A DNA stretch of 64,000 bases from a bacterium (GTDB lineage Bacteria > Patescibacteriota > Dojkabacteria > JAKAPS01 > JAJZLI01), in assembly GCA_021785355.1 (NCBI GenBank), contig JAJYFR010000001.1:66976-130975 (forward strand), in the 5' to 3' direction. Positions 51,181 to 61,381 of this stretch are shown here, in pieces. The notes below the pieces were generated by a model. The model was not told the DNA's origin, made no database searches, and saw only the letters and a program-made list of their open reading frames with translations. Each line of letters opens with the position of its first letter. The first letter of the stretch is position 1. The translations under genes were made by a program, and so were the position numbers.

Positions 51181-52332
51181 ATGAGTTATATAATCACATT
51201 AATAATATTTATTATACTATTAAGTTTACTTATAGTAGTTCATGAATTGGGTCATATGATTGTGGCTATTAAACGAGGAGTAATAGTTAATAGCTTTGCT
51301 TTAGGATTTGGTCCGAAATTATATTCTTTTAATCACAATAATATTGAATATAGAATTAATTTATTGCCCTTTGGAGGATATGTAAGTTTATTTGGAGATG
51401 ATGATCCTGGTAATAAAATAAAAGGATCGCTCTCAGCAGCTACAGCTTTATCGAAATTTATGATAACAATTGCTGGTGTTTTCATGAATTTAATTTTAGC
51501 TTTAATATTTTTATTTATATTTCTTTTTTCTATAAATTTCAAATTCTATTATTCAAATATTATACCTAACTTTAAATTTACTTTTGGCCAAAATGTAAAT
51601 AATATTCTATTTTCAAGAATAAATAGTGATAAAACTTCAACTTTATCAAAAGATAATATTAATGGATTATATTTAATAAAAAGTATAAATAATGTTCCTA
51701 TTCATTCTATATCTCAAATACAAAAAATTGTAGATCAGAATAAGGGAAAGTATCTTTACTTTAATTATAGTTATGTCAAAAATATTAATTTATATGGTAT
51801 AGACTTAGGAAAGGTTTCCAGAGCTAAATTTCTGGCAAGAAAAAATTTCCCAAAAAACTCAGGATCTATAGGTATATCTATTCAATCTATTTCTCATATA
51901 GAATTTACTTCTGTTCAGAGTAAAATATTTTCAGTAATAGCATTTCCATATGATGTTCTTCAATTAACTTTTCAAGGATTTGGTTATCTTATTAATCAAT
52001 CTATTGTTCAAAAAAATTCTAAAATAATAACTACTCAAATAGCAGGTCCTATTGGTATATATATGTATACTAATATTTTATTTCAAAATGATGGATTTAC
52101 AGGATTATTATTTATATTTGGAATAATATCTCTATCTTTAGCATTTATGAATTTATTACCTATACCTCCTTTGGATGGATTCTATGTTTTATTATCTATT
52201 TTAGAAGGATTTTTTTCTATTAAAATTAATGAAAAATGGATGTACTATATTTCTATGGCTGGTGTAATATTTTTTATTATATTAATGATCTTTGTTACAT
52301 TTAATGATTTAATAAATTTTAAAATAATCTAA
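51181..52332 (+). CDS. rseP: RseP-type site-2 zinc metalloprotease (M50)
   Basis: HELGHMIVA (HExxH) in TM1, PDZ-like middle, NLLPIPPLDGF motif. Confidence 0.8.
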   Translation: MSYIITLIIFIILLSLLIVVHELGHMIVAIKRGVIVNSFALGFGPKLYSFNHNNIEYRINLLPFGGYVSLFGDDDPGNKIKGSLSAATALSKFMITIAGVFMNLILALIFLFIFLFSINFKFYYSNIIPNFKFTFGQNVNNILFSRINSDKTSTLSKDNINGLYLIKSINNVPIHSISQIQKIVDQNKGKYLYFNYSYVKNINLYGIDLGKVSRAKFLARKNFPKNSGSIGISIQSISHIEFTSVQSKIFSVIAFPYDVLQLTFQGFGYLINQSIVQKNSKIITTQIAGPIGIYMYTNILFQNDGFTGLLFIFGIISLSLAFMNLLPIPPLDGFYVLLSILEGFFSIKINEKWMYYISMAGVIFFIILMIFVTFNDLINFKII

Positions 52333-52387
52333 TTTGTTGATTATTTTTTTTTATGTTATACTTTTATGTTATTTATTTTTATTATTT

Positions 52388-52729
52388 ATGAATTCTAACT
52401 GTGTATTTTGTAGTATTATAAATAGAGATATACCTGCACAGATTATTTATGAAGATGAGGATTTTTTAGTTTTTGATGATATTAATCCTTCATCTAAAAT
52501 ACATAAATTAATAGTACCTAAAAAACATATTAAAAATTTGTCAGAAATAGGTATAGAAGAAAATAAATACTTATGGAATAAATATATTGATATTATTAAT
52601 ATATTAAAAACAAGTCTTAAAGTATTAAATTTTAAGATAGTTATTAATAATGGAGATAAATTACAATTAGTAAAACACTTACATTTTCATTTTCTTAGTG
52701 GAGATGATGTAAATGATAAGTTGAATTAG
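52388..52729 (+). CDS. HIT-family (histidine triad) protein
   Basis: Starts MNSNCVFCSII and ends with the histidine triad VKHLHFHFL. The track ORF start (52334) adds a hydrophobic extension, probably spurious. Confidence 0.7.
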   Translation: MNSNCVFCSIINRDIPAQIIYEDEDFLVFDDINPSSKIHKLIVPKKHIKNLSEIGIEENKYLWNKYIDIINILKTSLKVLNFKIVINNGDKLQLVKHLHFHFLSGDDVNDKLN

Positions 52730-52743
52730 GAGGTGAAATATAT

Positions 52744-52971
52744 ATGGCTATAATAGTAAGAGATAATGAAGTTTTTGAATCTGCATGGAGGAGATTTATG
52801 CGTGAATTGATAAGTAATGGAGTACTAGATGAGATAAAAGATCGTACTTATTATAAAAAACCTTCAGTTGAAAGAACTGCTATTAGAAGAGAATTTAAAA
52901 AAAGGAAAACAAGACATCATAGAGCTATGAGAAGAATTCGTAGTAAATATGGTAAAGGTTTTTCGGTGTAA
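52744..52971 (+). CDS. rpsU: 30S ribosomal protein S21
   Basis: 75 aa basic protein. VRDNEVFESAWRRFMR ... KKPSVERTAIRRE resembles S21. SD ggagg upstream. Confidence 0.75.
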   Translation: MAIIVRDNEVFESAWRRFMRELISNGVLDEIKDRTYYKKPSVERTAIRREFKKRKTRHHRAMRRIRSKYGKGFSV

Positions 52972-52979
52972 TATCAATA

Positions 52980-53420
52980 GTGTACAATACTTTATTAGAA
53001 GATATAAAATCTGCAATGAAAACGAAGGATAGTGAAAAGCTCTCTGTCCTTCGTTTGTTATATGCCAACATAAAAAATTCTCTTATTGATAATAGTTCAA
53101 AGCAAGTAGATGATAAATTTTTTTATAATATATTATCAAAATATATAAAAGAGTTAGAAGAAAATATAGAGAATTACAGTAAATTAGGGAGAGTAGATCT
53201 TGTAGATAAGGAAGAATATGAACTTAAGGTTTTAAAGAATTATTTACCTACTCAGCTTACAGACGAAGAGATATATTCATTAGTAAAATCAGAAGTAGAC
53301 AAGATATCTGATTTTTCAATAAAAAATATGGGTGAAGTGATAAATAATATATCAAAAGAATATGAATATAGAGTTACATCTAAAAAAATATCAGAAATAA
53401 TTCGTTCTAAATTTTTATGA
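52980..53420 (+). CDS. GatB/YqeY-domain protein
   Basis: 146 aa. DIKSAMKTKDSEKLSVLRLLYANIKN matches the YqeY N-terminus. Confidence 0.65.
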   Translation: MYNTLLEDIKSAMKTKDSEKLSVLRLLYANIKNSLIDNSSKQVDDKFFYNILSKYIKELEENIENYSKLGRVDLVDKEEYELKVLKNYLPTQLTDEEIYSLVKSEVDKISDFSIKNMGEVINNISKEYEYRVTSKKISEIIRSKFL

Positions 53421-53824
53421 TATACAATTCATATAAAAATTCATATGATATCAATCATTATAAATTATTAAAAATATCAAAAATTTTATTCAAAGAATTA
53501 GGATTAAAGGAAAAAAATTTTTCTATTTTTATAGTAGGAGATAAAAAAATAAAAGATATCAATTATAAATTTAGAAATATTAATACTACTACAGATGTAG
53601 TATCTTTAGAATATAAGGATCCTTTTTATATAGGAGATATATATATATCCCCTAACAATATTTTAAAGAATGCTAGAAAGTACAATATCTCTTTTAAAGA
53701 TGAGTTTGATAGGACTTTTATACATGGACTATTACATTTATTAGGTTTTGATCACAAATCAAGCTTAAATTTAAATGAAAAAATGTTTATAATACAAGAA
53801 GATATATTATCTAAAATTATATGA
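53417..53824 (+). CDS. ybeY: rRNA maturation endoribonuclease YbeY
   Basis: HGLLHLLGFDH zinc-binding motif. Confidence 0.8.
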   Translation: MIYNSYKNSYDINHYKLLKISKILFKELGLKEKNFSIFIVGDKKIKDINYKFRNINTTTDVVSLEYKDPFYIGDIYISPNNILKNARKYNISFKDEFDRTFIHGLLHLLGFDHKSSLNLNEKMFIIQEDILSKII

Positions 53825-54354
53825 ATCATTTGATAGTGGGATTGGGAAATCCTGATAAAGAGTATCACAATAATAGACATAATGTGGGTTTCTTATTCTT
53901 AGATTTTATTGTTAATCAAGAAGGAATAAAAGAAAAATTTTTATTTAATAAGGATTTTTCAGGGGAAATATTAAAACATGATAATTTGTTTTTACTTAAA
54001 CCTTCTACTTATATGAATAATTCAGGGTTATCAGTAAAAAAAGTAATAAATTTTTATAAAAATTCTTTTGAAGAAGTTACTATAGTATATGATGATTTAG
54101 ATATATTATTTAAACAATTTAAAATAGGAGATAAATCTCCTAGAGGACATAATGGTATAAAATCTATATTAAGTCATATTGATAATATTAATATTAGAAA
54201 TATAAGAATTGGAGTAGAGAATCGTTTTAATAGAGATCTAATTAATGGGGCAGATTATGTATTAGATAATTTTACTAAAGATGAAATGTATTATTTATTG
54301 AACACTTTATTTCCCCAAATTTATATAGAAATAAAAAATATATACAGTGAATAA
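53821..54354 (+). CDS. pth: Peptidyl-tRNA hydrolase
   Basis: LIVGLGNPDKEYHNNRHNVGF N-terminal signature. Confidence 0.85.
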   Translation: MNHLIVGLGNPDKEYHNNRHNVGFLFLDFIVNQEGIKEKFLFNKDFSGEILKHDNLFLLKPSTYMNNSGLSVKKVINFYKNSFEEVTIVYDDLDILFKQFKIGDKSPRGHNGIKSILSHIDNINIRNIRIGVENRFNRDLINGADYVLDNFTKDEMYYLLNTLFPQIYIEIKNIYSE

Positions 54355-56734
54355 TTCATCACTAGAAATCCAAGATACTTTTAGAGGGGATAGTAATTTT
54401 CTGTCAATTATAAAAAAGATAGAGAATAATAGTAATTCTTTATTAAATATTTCAGGTTTAGATAAATATTTAATTGATTATTTTCCTTCTTTTTTAAATA
54501 CTTTTTTTGATAATTTTAGTTTTCTATATTCATATAAGGAACAGAATTTTGATTCATTTTTATTAAAGAATGATACTACTCGAAGTGATTTAATTACTAT
54601 ATTAGAAAGTCTTGATTTTTATACAAAGGTAGATATCATAAATGATAATTATGAATATTCTGTATTAGGAGATAAGGTCGATATTTGTCTAAATAAGATT
54701 ATTTACAGATTTATTTTTTTTGGAAATATACTTGAAAGTATTTCAGTAAGAGATTTTTTGACATTTAAAAATATATTATTCTTAGATAAGTTATATTTGC
54801 CAAAAAATAAGGATGTATTTTTCTCATCATATGAAAAAGAATTATCTAAAACTCATATCTATTTCAATTTAGGTATAGATGGAGATATAAATTTAGATTA
54901 TAATTATTTTTCAGATTATCATATTTCTTTTAATACCTTGTTTAAGTCGATAGAAGCTAATGTTGACACTTTTATAATATTTACTTCAAGAGGTATATTT
55001 GAGAGTAATTTATTGAATGGAAAAAAAGTTATTTATTCTAATATAGAATTTCCGAGAGGATTTTTTTCTGCAAATGGTAGATTTGCTGTATTTACAGATG
55101 TTGAACTATATGGAGAATTTAACCTTAATCAATATAGAAAGAAAAAAAGTAAAAGAATTGTAACAGATTTTACTGATGGTAAAATTTATGAAGGAGACTA
55201 TATTGTTCATATAAACCACGGTATTGGTATTTTTAGGGGTATAAAATCGAAAAATATAAAAGGTATTAATAAGGATTTTATAGAAATAGAGTATAGTAAT
55301 AATGATAAATTGTACTTGCCTTTAGAAATTTCAGATAGAATAACTAAATATATTTCAGATACTAATAAACCCCCTAAATTAACTAAATTAGGTACAAGGG
55401 AATGGGAGAATGTTAAGTCTAAAATAAAAAAAGAGATTCAAAATATAGCTAAAGATATAATATTGGTTCATGCCCAGAGAATTTCTGTAAAAAAGGTTCT
55501 AGATAATAATATAAATTATGAACTTGAAGAGGAATTTAATAATCAATTTGAACATATAGAAACAAGTGATCAATTAGAGGCTATTAAGGATGTAAGGAAT
55601 GATTTATTATCTGAGAAAGTAATGGATAGGTTGATAGTTGGTGATGTTGGTTTTGGTAAAACAGAAGTCGCAGTAAGGGCTGCTTTTATTTCTGTTATGA
55701 TGAATAAACAAGTCTTATTTGTTGCTCCGACAACAATATTGGTAGAACAGCATTATAAAGTTTTTAAAAAAAGGTTTAAAAATTTCCCAGTAAAAATAGC
55801 TTATTTGAATAGAAATATAACTAAAAAAGAAGAAAAGGCTATTTTTGCAGAAGTTGAGAGAGGTAGTCTTGATATATTGATAGCAACACATAAAGCATTT
55901 TCTAATAATCTAAAATTCAAAAAATTAGGATTAGTAATAGTCGATGAAGAGCAAAGATTTGGAGTTAAGCAAAAGGAAAAATTAAAAAAGATAAAAGCAG
56001 ATATTGATTATCTTTCTATGACGGCTACACCTATTCCTAGAACTTTATACTCTTCTTTTACAGGGATAAAAGATATTAGTATTATTGCTTCTCCTCCTTT
56101 AGGAAGAAAACCTATTTATACTGAAATTATAGATTTTGACGTTGATAGAATGAATAATATTATTATGAGGGAAATCAAAAGATTGGGGCAAGTGTTTTTC
56201 TTACACAATAATATATCTACGCTATATAATATTAAAACTTTACTTATAGAAAAAATCCCTAATATTAGAATAGAGATAGCTTATGGTTCATTACCAGGTT
56301 TAGATAAATTATTATATAAATTCAAAAATAAAGAATTTGATGTATTATTGTCAACTTCAATTATAGAAAATGGTATAGATTTTCCAAATGTTAATACTAT
56401 TATTATAAATCAGGCATTTAGATTTGGATTAGGACAATTGTATCAAATTAGAGGTAGAGTAGGGAGATCAGATAGAGATGCTTATTGTTACTTAGTTTGC
56501 CCTCCTAGTATTATAAATAATAATGGAGTGGTAAAAGATAGGTTAGAAACTCTTGTAAAAAATCAAAATGTAGGAAGTGGTTTTACAATTTCTCTAAAAG
56601 ATTTAGAAATTAGAGGAGCAGGTGAGATTTTAGGTGTAAACCAACATGGTAATGTATCTAGAATTGGATTTGATTTGTATTCTCAGTTATTACAAAAAGC
56701 TATTGATGATATCAATATTTTTAGTAATAAATAG
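54347..56734 (+). CDS. mfd: Transcription-repair coupling factor Mfd (short form)
   Basis: 795 aa. RNAP-interaction/CarD-like domain (GDYIVHINHGIGIF...KLYLPL). Helicase motifs GDVGFGKTEVA, VIVDEEQRFGV, TATPIPRTL. N-terminal 350 aa not recognisably UvrB-like. Confidence 0.7.
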   Translation: MNNSSLEIQDTFRGDSNFLSIIKKIENNSNSLLNISGLDKYLIDYFPSFLNTFFDNFSFLYSYKEQNFDSFLLKNDTTRSDLITILESLDFYTKVDIINDNYEYSVLGDKVDICLNKIIYRFIFFGNILESISVRDFLTFKNILFLDKLYLPKNKDVFFSSYEKELSKTHIYFNLGIDGDINLDYNYFSDYHISFNTLFKSIEANVDTFIIFTSRGIFESNLLNGKKVIYSNIEFPRGFFSANGRFAVFTDVELYGEFNLNQYRKKKSKRIVTDFTDGKIYEGDYIVHINHGIGIFRGIKSKNIKGINKDFIEIEYSNNDKLYLPLEISDRITKYISDTNKPPKLTKLGTREWENVKSKIKKEIQNIAKDIILVHAQRISVKKVLDNNINYELEEEFNNQFEHIETSDQLEAIKDVRNDLLSEKVMDRLIVGDVGFGKTEVAVRAAFISVMMNKQVLFVAPTTILVEQHYKVFKKRFKNFPVKIAYLNRNITKKEEKAIFAEVERGSLDILIATHKAFSNNLKFKKLGLVIVDEEQRFGVKQKEKLKKIKADIDYLSMTATPIPRTLYSSFTGIKDISIIASPPLGRKPIYTEIIDFDVDRMNNIIMREIKRLGQVFFLHNNISTLYNIKTLLIEKIPNIRIEIAYGSLPGLDKLLYKFKNKEFDVLLSTSIIENGIDFPNVNTIIINQAFRFGLGQLYQIRGRVGRSDRDAYCYLVCPPSIINNNGVVKDRLETLVKNQNVGSGFTISLKDLEIRGAGEILGVNQHGNVSRIGFDLYSQLLQKAIDDINIFSNK

Positions 56735-56771
56735 ATTTCATTTTTTTATAGTCTATTATATAATCAATTTT

Positions 56772-57773
56772 ATGAAACAAAGAATGTTAACAGGCGATAG
56801 ACCTACAGGATTACTTCACATTGGTCACTATGTAGGGTCTTTAAGCGCTAGAGTAAAATTCCAAGATGATTTTGATGTTATTGTTTTAATTGCAAATATA
56901 CAGGCTTTAACTGATAATTTTGAAAATCCCAAAAAGGTTAATCTCAATATAATGGAGGTTTTAAAAGATTATATTGCTATTGGATTAGATCCCAAAAAAG
57001 TAACTTTTGTTTTGCAATCTGATATATCTGAAATTGCAGAATTAACTGTTATTTATTCTAATTTAGTTACTATATCTCGATTAATGAGAAATCCTACTGT
57101 AAAAAGTGAGGTAATACAGAAGAAAAATACATTTTCTAATGATAATATTACATATGGATTTTTAGGTTATCCTGTAAGTCAGGCTGCTGATATTACTGCA
57201 TTTATGGCAGATATAGTCCCCGTAGGAGATGATCAATCTCCTATGTTAGAGCAGACCATAGAAATAGTTAGAAAGTTTAATAAGATTTATGGAGATGTTC
57301 TTAAATCACCTAAAATATATTTAAGTGAGGTTCCTAGATTGGTTGGTTTAGATGGAAAGAATAAGATGTCAAAAAGTTTAAATAATGTTATTACTTTTAA
57401 AGATACTGAGTCAGAATTAAAAAAGAAAGTAATGAGTATGTATACTGATCCTACTCGAATACATAAAAATGATCCAGGGCATACAGAAAATAACCCTGTT
57501 TTTATATATCATAATATATTTAATAATAATAAGGATGAAGTAAAAGAAATGGAATCTCTTTATAGGGAAGGTAAAATAAGTGATTTAGAAGTAAAAGAAA
57601 GATTATTTTCTGTATTGAATGACTTTCTATTGCCTATAAGGGAAAAAAGATGTAGTTTAGAAGGAGAAGAAGATTCATTATATGAAATTTTAAAAGAAGG
57701 AACTAAGAAAGGTCAAAATATAGCAAAAGATACATTAAAACGAGTTAAGGATTCAATGTTTTTAACTTATTAA
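56772..57773 (+). CDS. trpS: Tryptophanyl-tRNA synthetase
   Basis: HIGH motif (TGLLHIGHYVG), VPVGDDQ, KMSKS. The track ORF start (56646) overlaps mfd; ATG at 56772 gives the canonical N-terminus. Confidence 0.85.
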   Translation: MKQRMLTGDRPTGLLHIGHYVGSLSARVKFQDDFDVIVLIANIQALTDNFENPKKVNLNIMEVLKDYIAIGLDPKKVTFVLQSDISEIAELTVIYSNLVTISRLMRNPTVKSEVIQKKNTFSNDNITYGFLGYPVSQAADITAFMADIVPVGDDQSPMLEQTIEIVRKFNKIYGDVLKSPKIYLSEVPRLVGLDGKNKMSKSLNNVITFKDTESELKKKVMSMYTDPTRIHKNDPGHTENNPVFIYHNIFNNNKDEVKEMESLYREGKISDLEVKERLFSVLNDFLLPIREKRCSLEGEEDSLYEILKEGTKKGQNIAKDTLKRVKDSMFLTY

Positions 57774-57793
57774 GAATTATAGGAAAGATTATT

Positions 57794-59020
57794 ATGGTAT
57801 TTAAAAATTTAAAAGGTTTTAAGGATTATTATCCAGAAGAATTTAAAAAGAAGGAGTATATATTAAATATATTTAATGAAGTATCTATATCTTTTGGATA
57901 TATTCAGTATGATGGACCTATTATAGAAGAAGCATCTTTATATGAAGCTAAATCAGGTGAAAGTCTATTAGAAGAAGTATATTCTTTTACAGATAGAGGA
58001 GATAGAAGAGTTATATTAAGACCAGAGATGACACCAACTTTAGCCAGGATGTTAGCGGAAAAATCTTCTCAATATAAGAAACCCATTAGATGGTTTTCTG
58101 TACCGGATTTATTTAGAAATGAAAAACCTCAAAAAGCTAGATCGAGACAATTTACTCAATATAATGCTGATATTATAGGTGCAAATTCTAATTTATCTGA
58201 AATAGAAATATTGAATATCAGTATAAATATATTAGAGAGATTAGGTTTTAGTAGAGATGATTTTGATATATTAATAAATAATAGAGACGTAGCATTTAAG
58301 TTTCTATCCAATTTCACAGAAGATGTAAACAATCTGTTGAGAGTAATAGATAAAAAAGGAAAAATTAAAGAAGAAGATTTCAATAGATCAGTAGAAGCTT
58401 TATTAAAAGATAAGAAATTTCTTAAAGATGTATTAGTTTATATTAATGATTCAGATAGTAATAAATTTGAAGAAATAAAAGATATTACAGATAAAGCAAG
58501 AGATTTTGGATTATCATTAAAGTATGACCCTAGTATTGTTAGAGGTTTAGATTATTATACAAGTACAGTTTTTGAGATATGGGATAAGAAAAGGTTAATA
58601 AAAAGGTCTTTATTTGGAGGTGGGAGATATTCAGATCTTATATCTAGTTTAGGAGGAGAAGATATTGTTGCAGTGGGTATAGCTTGTAGTATAGAAGGTC
58701 TTACTTCTTTAATAAAAGAGTATAATAAAGAGATACCTTCTTTAATAGAATACGATTATTTTATATTAACTTTTGGAAATGTTGAACTTTCTCATTATTC
58801 TAATATTGCAAATACTCTTAGAAGTAAAGGGTATTCTGTATTAATGAATATAAGTGAAGATTGGAATATTTCAAAACAAATTGAATTTGCATTAAAAATG
58901 AATGTGAAAAATTTAGTCATATTAGGGGAGAAGGAATTAGAAAATAAATCACTGATTATTAAAAATCTTAAATTAAAAAAAGAATCGATTATAAATATTA
59001 AAGATCTTGAAAATATATGA
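57794..59020 (+). CDS. hisS: Histidyl-tRNA synthetase
   Basis: 408 aa. Class II motifs, GFKDYYPEE, RPEMTP, FGGGRYSDL (motif 3). Confidence 0.85.
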   Translation: MVFKNLKGFKDYYPEEFKKKEYILNIFNEVSISFGYIQYDGPIIEEASLYEAKSGESLLEEVYSFTDRGDRRVILRPEMTPTLARMLAEKSSQYKKPIRWFSVPDLFRNEKPQKARSRQFTQYNADIIGANSNLSEIEILNISINILERLGFSRDDFDILINNRDVAFKFLSNFTEDVNNLLRVIDKKGKIKEEDFNRSVEALLKDKKFLKDVLVYINDSDSNKFEEIKDITDKARDFGLSLKYDPSIVRGLDYYTSTVFEIWDKKRLIKRSLFGGGRYSDLISSLGGEDIVAVGIACSIEGLTSLIKEYNKEIPSLIEYDYFILTFGNVELSHYSNIANTLRSKGYSVLMNISEDWNISKQIEFALKMNVKNLVILGEKELENKSLIIKNLKLKKESIINIKDLENI

Positions 59021-60498
59021 GTAATAATACTATTTTATACCAAAAATATAGACCAAAAAAATTTTCTGAAGTTATTGGTCAAGACAATGTAGTGCGCATA
59101 TTAATAAATGAAATATTATTAAGTAATATAGCAAATGCATATATATTTTTTGGTTCAAGAGGTACGGGTAAAACCTCTGTTGCAAGAATTTTTGCAAAAG
59201 CAATAAATTGTGAAAATCTTTCAGATAAAGGAGATCCCTGTAATAAATGTTTAAATTGTAAAGAGATTAATTCTGGGAGTTATTTAGATCTGATTGAAAT
59301 AGATGCAGCATCGAATAGAGGAATAGAGGATATAAGAGAGTTAAAAAATAAAATACAATTCTCTCCTGTATCAGGAAAATTCAAAGTTTATATAATAGAT
59401 GAAGTGCATATGTTAACAAATGATGCATTTAATTCTCTTTTAAAAACATTAGAGGAACCTCCCAAAAATGTTATTTTTATATTTGCTACTACAGAGATTA
59501 ATAAAGTTCCTCAAACAATAGTTTCTAGATGTCAGAGATTTGATTTTTTGAAGGCTTCATATAAAGATATAATGACTCAAATAAATTTTGTTTTAAAATC
59601 TGAAAAAACAGAATTAAATGATGATATTAAAGATCTTGTAGTTACCATTGCAGATGGAAGTTTTAGAGATTCAATGACTAATTTGCAAAAAATATTATCT
59701 ATATATAAGCATGATATGTCTTATAATGAAGTAATAAGTATATTAAATTTCCCAGATATTGAATTTGTGAAAATGATATGGACATCTGTTATATCAGGAG
59801 ATTTAGAAAAAGTATTAGAAAATATTAAAAGTAACAATATAAATGTGTCAGTTTTTATAAAGAATTCACTAGATTTTATTAGAAAGTCAATGATAAATAA
59901 GACTTTAAATTATAACTATTATTCAATAGATGATAGTGTTTTTGAAAATATTGAGTCTAGAGATCTTATTAAAATAGTTAATATTTTACTCAATACATTA
60001 GAAAAAATAAAAATATCATATTTAGATGAAATTAATTTAGAAATAAGTTTTGTTTCTGTTATAGATCAGTTAGGAATTGATGTATTGAAGTCTAAAGAAG
60101 AAGTTAATGAAAAAAAAACTAGAGATATGCAAGTAGAAAATAAAACAAAAAAATCTATAACTATAGATGAAAATAAAGATTTAAATTTAAATCTTTATTG
60201 GGGTGAGATAATAGATAAATCTAAAACATTTAATCACCATATGAGTGCATTTCTATCAAAATCTTCTTTTATGATTGAAGAAAATAAAATCATAATAATA
60301 GTGCCATTTTCCTTTTATAAAGATATGTTGATTGAAAAAAGAAGTAAAGAGTTTTTATCTAATTTGATAAAAGATATTGTTGGAAAGAAATATATATTAG
60401 ATTGTATTGTTGATAAAGATATAAAACCTATATTTAAAAATATAAATAAGATAAATAACATTGATAATGAAATAAAAGAAGTCTTTGATTTAGAATAA
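59017..60498 (+). CDS. dnaX: DNA polymerase III subunit gamma/tau
   Basis: Walker A GSRGTGKTS. Zn module CENLSDKGDPCNKCLNC. SRC/sensor motifs. Confidence 0.85.
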   Translation: MSNNTILYQKYRPKKFSEVIGQDNVVRILINEILLSNIANAYIFFGSRGTGKTSVARIFAKAINCENLSDKGDPCNKCLNCKEINSGSYLDLIEIDAASNRGIEDIRELKNKIQFSPVSGKFKVYIIDEVHMLTNDAFNSLLKTLEEPPKNVIFIFATTEINKVPQTIVSRCQRFDFLKASYKDIMTQINFVLKSEKTELNDDIKDLVVTIADGSFRDSMTNLQKILSIYKHDMSYNEVISILNFPDIEFVKMIWTSVISGDLEKVLENIKSNNINVSVFIKNSLDFIRKSMINKTLNYNYYSIDDSVFENIESRDLIKIVNILLNTLEKIKISYLDEINLEISFVSVIDQLGIDVLKSKEEVNEKKTRDMQVENKTKKSITIDENKDLNLNLYWGEIIDKSKTFNHHMSAFLSKSSFMIEENKIIIIVPFSFYKDMLIEKRSKEFLSNLIKDIVGKKYILDCIVDKDIKPIFKNINKINNIDNEIKEVFDLE

Positions 60499-60567
60499 TA
60501 AGTGATAGAATTTACTTTATGAGCTTATAGTGATATAATATACGACAAATTTAGGTGTAATATATAA

Positions 60568-61362
60568 ATGACTGAAATGGAATCTACACAATTTGAAAAT
60601 TTTGATTCTTTTGAGAAGAGAGTTTCTGCTTTATGGGAAGAATATGCTAAAGTGTATCCTTTTCTGATTCATTCTAGTGCATATAAAGGTTTAGTCCATG
60701 ATTTTTTAGAAGGTTCTAATGTAGAAAATTTAAGAACAGGAGGTGAAGTATTAGATTTAGGTGCAGGAACAGGAAATATTACAAATGCATTATTAGAAAA
60801 AAATCCGGCTATTAAAATTACAGCAGTGGATAATAATGATGCAATGGTTCAATATTTGAATAATAGATTTTCTGAGGACAGTAGGGTTAGTGTAAAAAAA
60901 GAAGACATAGGAGATTTAGATGTATGGAAAAAAAGAGAAGAAGTATTTAATATTGTAGCTTCAAATCTTGTTTTACCTTATATAACACATCTTAATGGAA
61001 ATAAGGGGAAAGACGTTTTACCAGAATTAATAAAATATGTATATGGCAGTTTATCTGAAGATGGTACTTTTGTATGGTCTAGTCCAAAAAATGAAGTGAA
61101 TTTTGGAAAAGTATTTAAAGATGCAGTAACACATTTAGATTTTGCTAGAGTTCCAGGACATTCTCCAATAAAAGGTTTAAAATCTGCAAAAAGAATTCTA
61201 TCTCACGCAAATGAAATAGCTGAATTAGGAAGATTAGGCATTTTTTATTTTCCTAAAGAAGAAGATATAATTGATATTATGAAAGAGAGTGGGTTTAGGA
61301 AAATTACTATCAAAGAAAGTTTTGTTAAACAGTCCAATGTTATTACTGGTAAAAAAATTTAA
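60568..61362 (+). CDS. Class I SAM-dependent methyltransferase
   Basis: Motif I VLDLGAGTGNIT. Acidic motif II region. Confidence 0.6.
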   Translation: MTEMESTQFENFDSFEKRVSALWEEYAKVYPFLIHSSAYKGLVHDFLEGSNVENLRTGGEVLDLGAGTGNITNALLEKNPAIKITAVDNNDAMVQYLNNRFSEDSRVSVKKEDIGDLDVWKKREEVFNIVASNLVLPYITHLNGNKGKDVLPELIKYVYGSLSEDGTFVWSSPKNEVNFGKVFKDAVTHLDFARVPGHSPIKGLKSAKRILSHANEIAELGRLGIFYFPKEEDIIDIMKESGFRKITIKESFVKQSNVITGKKI

Positions 61363-61381
61363 AATATTATAAAGTTGGCAT

